Shown: piece after piece, positions 60,596 through 64,000 of the stretch
How positions within the stretch are numbered: the stretch's first letter is position 1
Layout of the letters: each line of letters starts with the position of its first letter
NCBI RefSeq assembly: GCF_000415985.1
Contig: NZ_KE356561.1
Span: 3,105,862 to 3,169,861 of the forward strand
DNA length: 64,000 bases
From: Haloquadratum walsbyi J07HQW2
Lineage (GTDB): Archaea; Halobacteriota; Halobacteria; Halobacteriales; Haloferacaceae
Reading direction: 5' to 3'
Translations under genes and position numbers: made by a program
The notes under the pieces: generated by a model
What the model was told of the DNA's origin: nothing
The model's database searches: none
What the model saw: the letters and a program-made list of their open reading frames with translations, nothing else

Positions 60596-60877
60596 ATGCC
60601 AGGACCTACACGAAAGACAACCCGCGACGATGTTATCGTCGCCATGCAAGCACGCCGACAATAAGCGTGAGCCGTGGACGACAAAAGAAATAGCCGTCGC
60701 TGTCGACTGTTCACATTCAACCGCGTACAATCGACTCCGTGAACTGAAAACACAGAATCGCGTCAAACAAAATCCGTCGGCTCATCCGGACGTGTGTGGT
60801 GGCTCACAGAAACTATCGACACACACTCACAACACACAGGAAAGAACACTGATACAGCACAAGAGGTCGAATCATGA
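60596..60877 (+). pseudogene. Winged-HTH regulator pseudogene
   Basis: MPGPTRKTTRDDVIVAM / EPWTTKEIAVAVDCSHSTAYNRLREL / SVGSSGRVWW lie in three successive frames; the final TGA overlaps the next ATG. Confidence 0.7.
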
Positions 60878-61203
60878 CCACTGCCAGTCTCACCCAACCA
60901 CTCAAAGACCATCTCATCGAAATCCGTCAAGAGTACAATTATAGCAGCCTCGATGAAACTGTGGTCAACGTTCTCATCAATGATGTCTCCCTCACTCGAA
61001 CCATCGAAGACGCAAACACGCTCGATGATAAGGGTGTTATCAAAGTCAGTGACGAAACGTTAGAGCTACTCAAAATTCACAAAGAAAAAGCAGAGGCCAA
61101 AACCTACGATGATTTACTCCGTGAACGCTCTGGTGCAACGAGTCGAGATCACGGCGAAGAACCCATCGAGTGGGAACCACTCGATGCACAGCTGATGTAT
61201 TAA
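60874..61203 (+). CDS. Protein with two tandem RHH-like modules
   Basis: TTASLTQPLKDHL...YSSLDETVVNVL and VIKVSDETLELL...KTYDDLLR. Confidence 0.65.
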   Translation: MTTASLTQPLKDHLIEIRQEYNYSSLDETVVNVLINDVSLTRTIEDANTLDDKGVIKVSDETLELLKIHKEKAEAKTYDDLLRERSGATSRDHGEEPIEWEPLDAQLMY

Positions 61204-61607
61204 CAATCCCCACCACGGCAACTTGTACATGTACAATCGGTAACTATGACGGACCATCGAAATCAACGTCCTGTGTCTCGTCTCGTCTCGCAAATCCTCA
61301 ATTTTATCTAATCGCACATTCATGCGCATATCCTCACTGTTCTGCAATTCTTCAGCAATTATCTGCAAACGCGTAACTCAATTATAAATCAGTCATCTCC
61401 ATCCCAGTAACTGCTCATATAATCGAGAATCCGTCGGTAATTCCGATGTTGATACTTATGAGGTTAGTAGAGAGACAGTTACAGTCATACTCACGCAGAC
61501 AGTCATCGTAATCACAGTCACGTCCATGTTACGGACTCACAATTACGAACACGGACATAGAGCCGTAGCTTGGCGCAGACGTAGATCCAGAATTAAACTG
61601 GGTGAAG

Positions 61608-62315
61608 ATGGTGGATAAAACTGAAACAGAAACTGATGATGACATTGAGATTAGCACCGTTGTCCATGATATCGAAGATGATGATCCGGATGACGCTGTT
61701 GTCATAAATACTCCTCCAATTGAAGCACATGAGTGGACAGTAACTGATACCGACACAGTCGCAAACACAAATCCGGAGTATCCCGACGAGTCGACAGTAA
61801 TCGTGGTGGCATTCTTGTCGACACTTACTCAAGCAAGTGCTTACTCTGACTGGGGTGGGACAACCCCGATTGAATTACCGGCTGATTGCCAGACGTATGC
61901 ATTTCCACGCGGACGACTCTGCCGTGTCGGCACGTACTCACAGCAGCTGGATCAACATCGGCATCAAGAGAATCAAAGCAATTTTGAGACTGACGTCTCT
62001 GATCAGCAGCAGCAGCAGCAGACACAGAATGAGGATAAGGACGAAGACGAACATGAAGACAAGAGTAGTGACATTCCGCCCGTGGAACGACTCACGACAG
62101 GACAACAGGATCTTCGTGAGCGGTTGAGCGACCGCAGCGAGGTTGTGGTGGAGGGAGATCCAGACGACCAGACGAGCGCTGTGCTGGTGGTCAACAAACT
62201 CGGCGAGGAGTACCGCATTACGGCTGATGGGACCGTTTCAGAGGGACCGGTGGCTAATCGCCTTGCGGAAGTAGCTCAAGAGTATCTGTGTGGTGACGCT
62301 CAGACTGAGTCCTGA
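61608..62315 (+). CDS. Hypothetical acidic protein typical of haloarchaeal mobile elements
   Basis: Very acidic ORF with DDPDDAVVIN.P...NPEYP...VIVVAF...YAFPRGRL and a Q/E/D low-complexity linker. Confidence 0.75.
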   Translation: MVDKTETETDDDIEISTVVHDIEDDDPDDAVVINTPPIEAHEWTVTDTDTVANTNPEYPDESTVIVVAFLSTLTQASAYSDWGGTTPIELPADCQTYAFPRGRLCRVGTYSQQLDQHRHQENQSNFETDVSDQQQQQQTQNEDKDEDEHEDKSSDIPPVERLTTGQQDLRERLSDRSEVVVEGDPDDQTSAVLVVNKLGEEYRITADGTVSEGPVANRLAEVAQEYLCGDAQTES

Positions 62316-62379
62316 ATCTCACAGACGAATCACCATGTAGCGTCGATACGAGGCGGACTAACTGAAATACTAAGATGAC

Positions 62380-62667
62380 TGTTCTACGACTGCGACTGTG
62401 CCGACTCTCTGTTCTGCTTCTTTACGCACCACTCAAAAGCTCCTGTTGAAGTTCATCATCTGTTTCACCGAAATTACACCCCAGACGGTATCCGAGATTG
62501 TCCCACGTAAGATCCTCTGGTGGTGGTCCATCGGAGTATTTTGATGATTCATCATTGTCTTTGAGATCCTTCACGGCGGCTGTCCACCCTCGTTTGAATG
62601 CCCCTTGTCGGTCAGGTCCAGGGTTCTCCTGTCTAATATCTCCGGTAGGGATTATCGGGTTATCCAT
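62380..62667 (-). pseudogene. Small hypothetical protein with a 3' frameshift
   Basis: QGAFKRGW...LTWDNLGYRLGCNFGETDDELQQEL; adding one T in the T-run near 62436 gives ELFEWCVKKQ instead of the early stop. Confidence 0.5.
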
Positions 62668-63063
62668 ATCTGCTGTATTGAAAGCATGTTTGAAAAAATC
62701 AGGTGCCTGAGCTACCGAATATCCTCTCCAGTCTTGATATCATCTCTGTCAGGAGCCGGTATCGTCGTTTCAAGAGAAATTATCGAACCCATAACAACAC
62801 ATAATTTAATGACACTGACCGGCACTGAACGAGGTTAAACCGGCTTAATTCAACGTGTGAGCGAAGCGAGATACTCAACTATCTTCTCAGCAGTTCGCTA
62901 AGGGGCATGTACAAAATTTAAAACCGGGTGTCATGCACGAAATCAAAAATAATTGCTTCGTCCAGAGAGCGCGGAGCCTTGTCATAGGTCATTCATTGCA
63001 CGTACCTGTTGTGCGACAAATATGAAGAAGTGAGTCTGGACACCGACCATGTTAGATGCTCGT

Positions 63064-64000
63064 TCAATCGAAGAATTGGCGTCGCTGTTCAGCCTTCTCG
63101 GATTCGGTCATCTCATTGTAATGTTTATCAAGCACATTGACCGATACGTTCGCACGGTCACCGATAATTTGCTTTGGAGTTTCAGCTTGGAGGTAATTGG
63201 TTATGCTTCCACGTCGAACTGCATGTGGACTCACGCTCTCAGGGCATCCTGAGGCGGCAGAGTACCCCTGTGCAGCCTCGCAGGTCTCTGGGTCTCGTCA
63301 GTCTATTGGACAGTCATCAGAATACACACAGGGACGCGTGTATGCGTAGACATGACTTTGGATAGTCTGTCCATGAATCCGACCATGTGACGTAGCCAAT
63401 AACGGTTCACGCCTGTATTCATCAGTCACAGCCGGGCGTTGGTTAGCAATCCAGTCGTCTAACAGTTCGCAGAGTGATCCTCGCAAGGCGATGACCCGTT
63501 CACCACGTCCTTTATTCTTGATTGGCGTTCCTGTCTCGGGGCGATGCTTGACGGCGAGTTGTTGTCTTTGAGCATCGTAATCACCCACGTCCAGTGCGAC
63601 AGCTGCCCCACGTCGAAGCGCAGTTCGCCACAAGAGTTCCACAGCGACGTGTTCGACAGACGCGTATTCGTACTTGCGGAGGTACTCAAGCACCAGTGTG
63701 CTATCCTCAGGATCAAGCATCACTTCTCTAACGTTGTCGTTGTGATCTAGATTGGGTGATTCGACTGATGTAGACAGATCCTGTGTGACGGCATTGATAG
63801 ACTCACACCAGCGGATGAACACACGAAGGGTATCCATCTGCGTCTTGAGAGTCACATTGTTGATTTCCCCGTCGTCACGTCGCCAGAGTTTGTATCGCTT
63901 CAAATCACGGCTGATGATGTCGTTGAGGTTGTCAATGGCTTTTTCGTCACACCACCGAATGAAATGTCCAAGACGTGATCCGTGGCTATACAGGGTCCAG
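63064..64000 (-). pseudogene. int: SNJ2-type tyrosine integrase with one in-frame TGA; 5' end outside the window
   Basis: LYSHGSRLGHFIRWC, KTQMDTLRVFIRW, LRRG (catalytic R), PIKN (K), then TGA at 63298-63300. The same frame continues with SPHAVRRG (HxxR), DRAN and KHY (Tyr) to the stop at 63064. Confidence 0.92.

Larger units (their letters stand above)
55864..64000. mobile_element. Decaying integrated plasmid or provirus-like island downstream of tRNA-Arg (extends beyond the window)
   Basis: No housekeeping genes; HUH Rep, HTH/RHH regulators and a tyrosine integrase; many disrupted ORFs; directly follows a tRNA 3' end. Confidence 0.75.

Noticed and set aside
63298-63300. Selenocysteine or programmed read-through of the integrase TGA
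   Set aside because: Haloarchaea are not known to use selenocysteine and I see no recoding signal; a nonsense mutation is simpler.
1-64000. rRNA, SRP or RNase P RNA genes and CRISPR-Cas
   Set aside because: No recognisable conserved motifs or repeat-spacer structure were seen by eye.

Overview
Chromosomal segment of a halophilic archaeon. The acidic proteins, haloarchaeal gene families, modest GC content and abundant decayed intergenic DNA suggest Haloquadratum or a close relative (inference). It carries mostly housekeeping and metabolic genes: SDR, MFS, folA, msrA, proCBA, a formamidase-family enzyme, a ubiquitin-like protein, MATE, a DUF1998 helicase paired with an RNase H-like nuclease, HtrA, a GcvT/DmdA-like enzyme, two HTH_10 regulators, brp/blh, csp, tfb, METTL5, rhomboid, menFDBAC, pyrBI, gdhA, fbp, DGGGP synthase and an FKBP, plus divergent tRNA-Lys(UUU) and tRNA-Arg(UCG). 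Overlaid on this are many IS200/IS605 derivatives: two frameshifted tnpB elements, three internally deleted elements retaining both ends, and about five ~30-80 bp hairpin elements. Downstream of tRNA-Arg lies a decaying integrated plasmid or provirus with a broken HUH Rep, HTH/RHH regulators and an SNJ2-type integrase carrying one nonsense codon; it runs off the window end. Most striking: a 66-unit GAAGAC-type array after msrA; a window-wide signature of 5-7 bp tandem micro-duplications that break pseudogenes and lengthen protein linkers; an HflX paralogue that has lost its GTPase motifs; a frameshifted menD; and a ubiquitin-like protein with a tail after its GG motif. No CRISPR array and no rRNA were seen. 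All homology calls come from motif recognition by eye; no searches were run.
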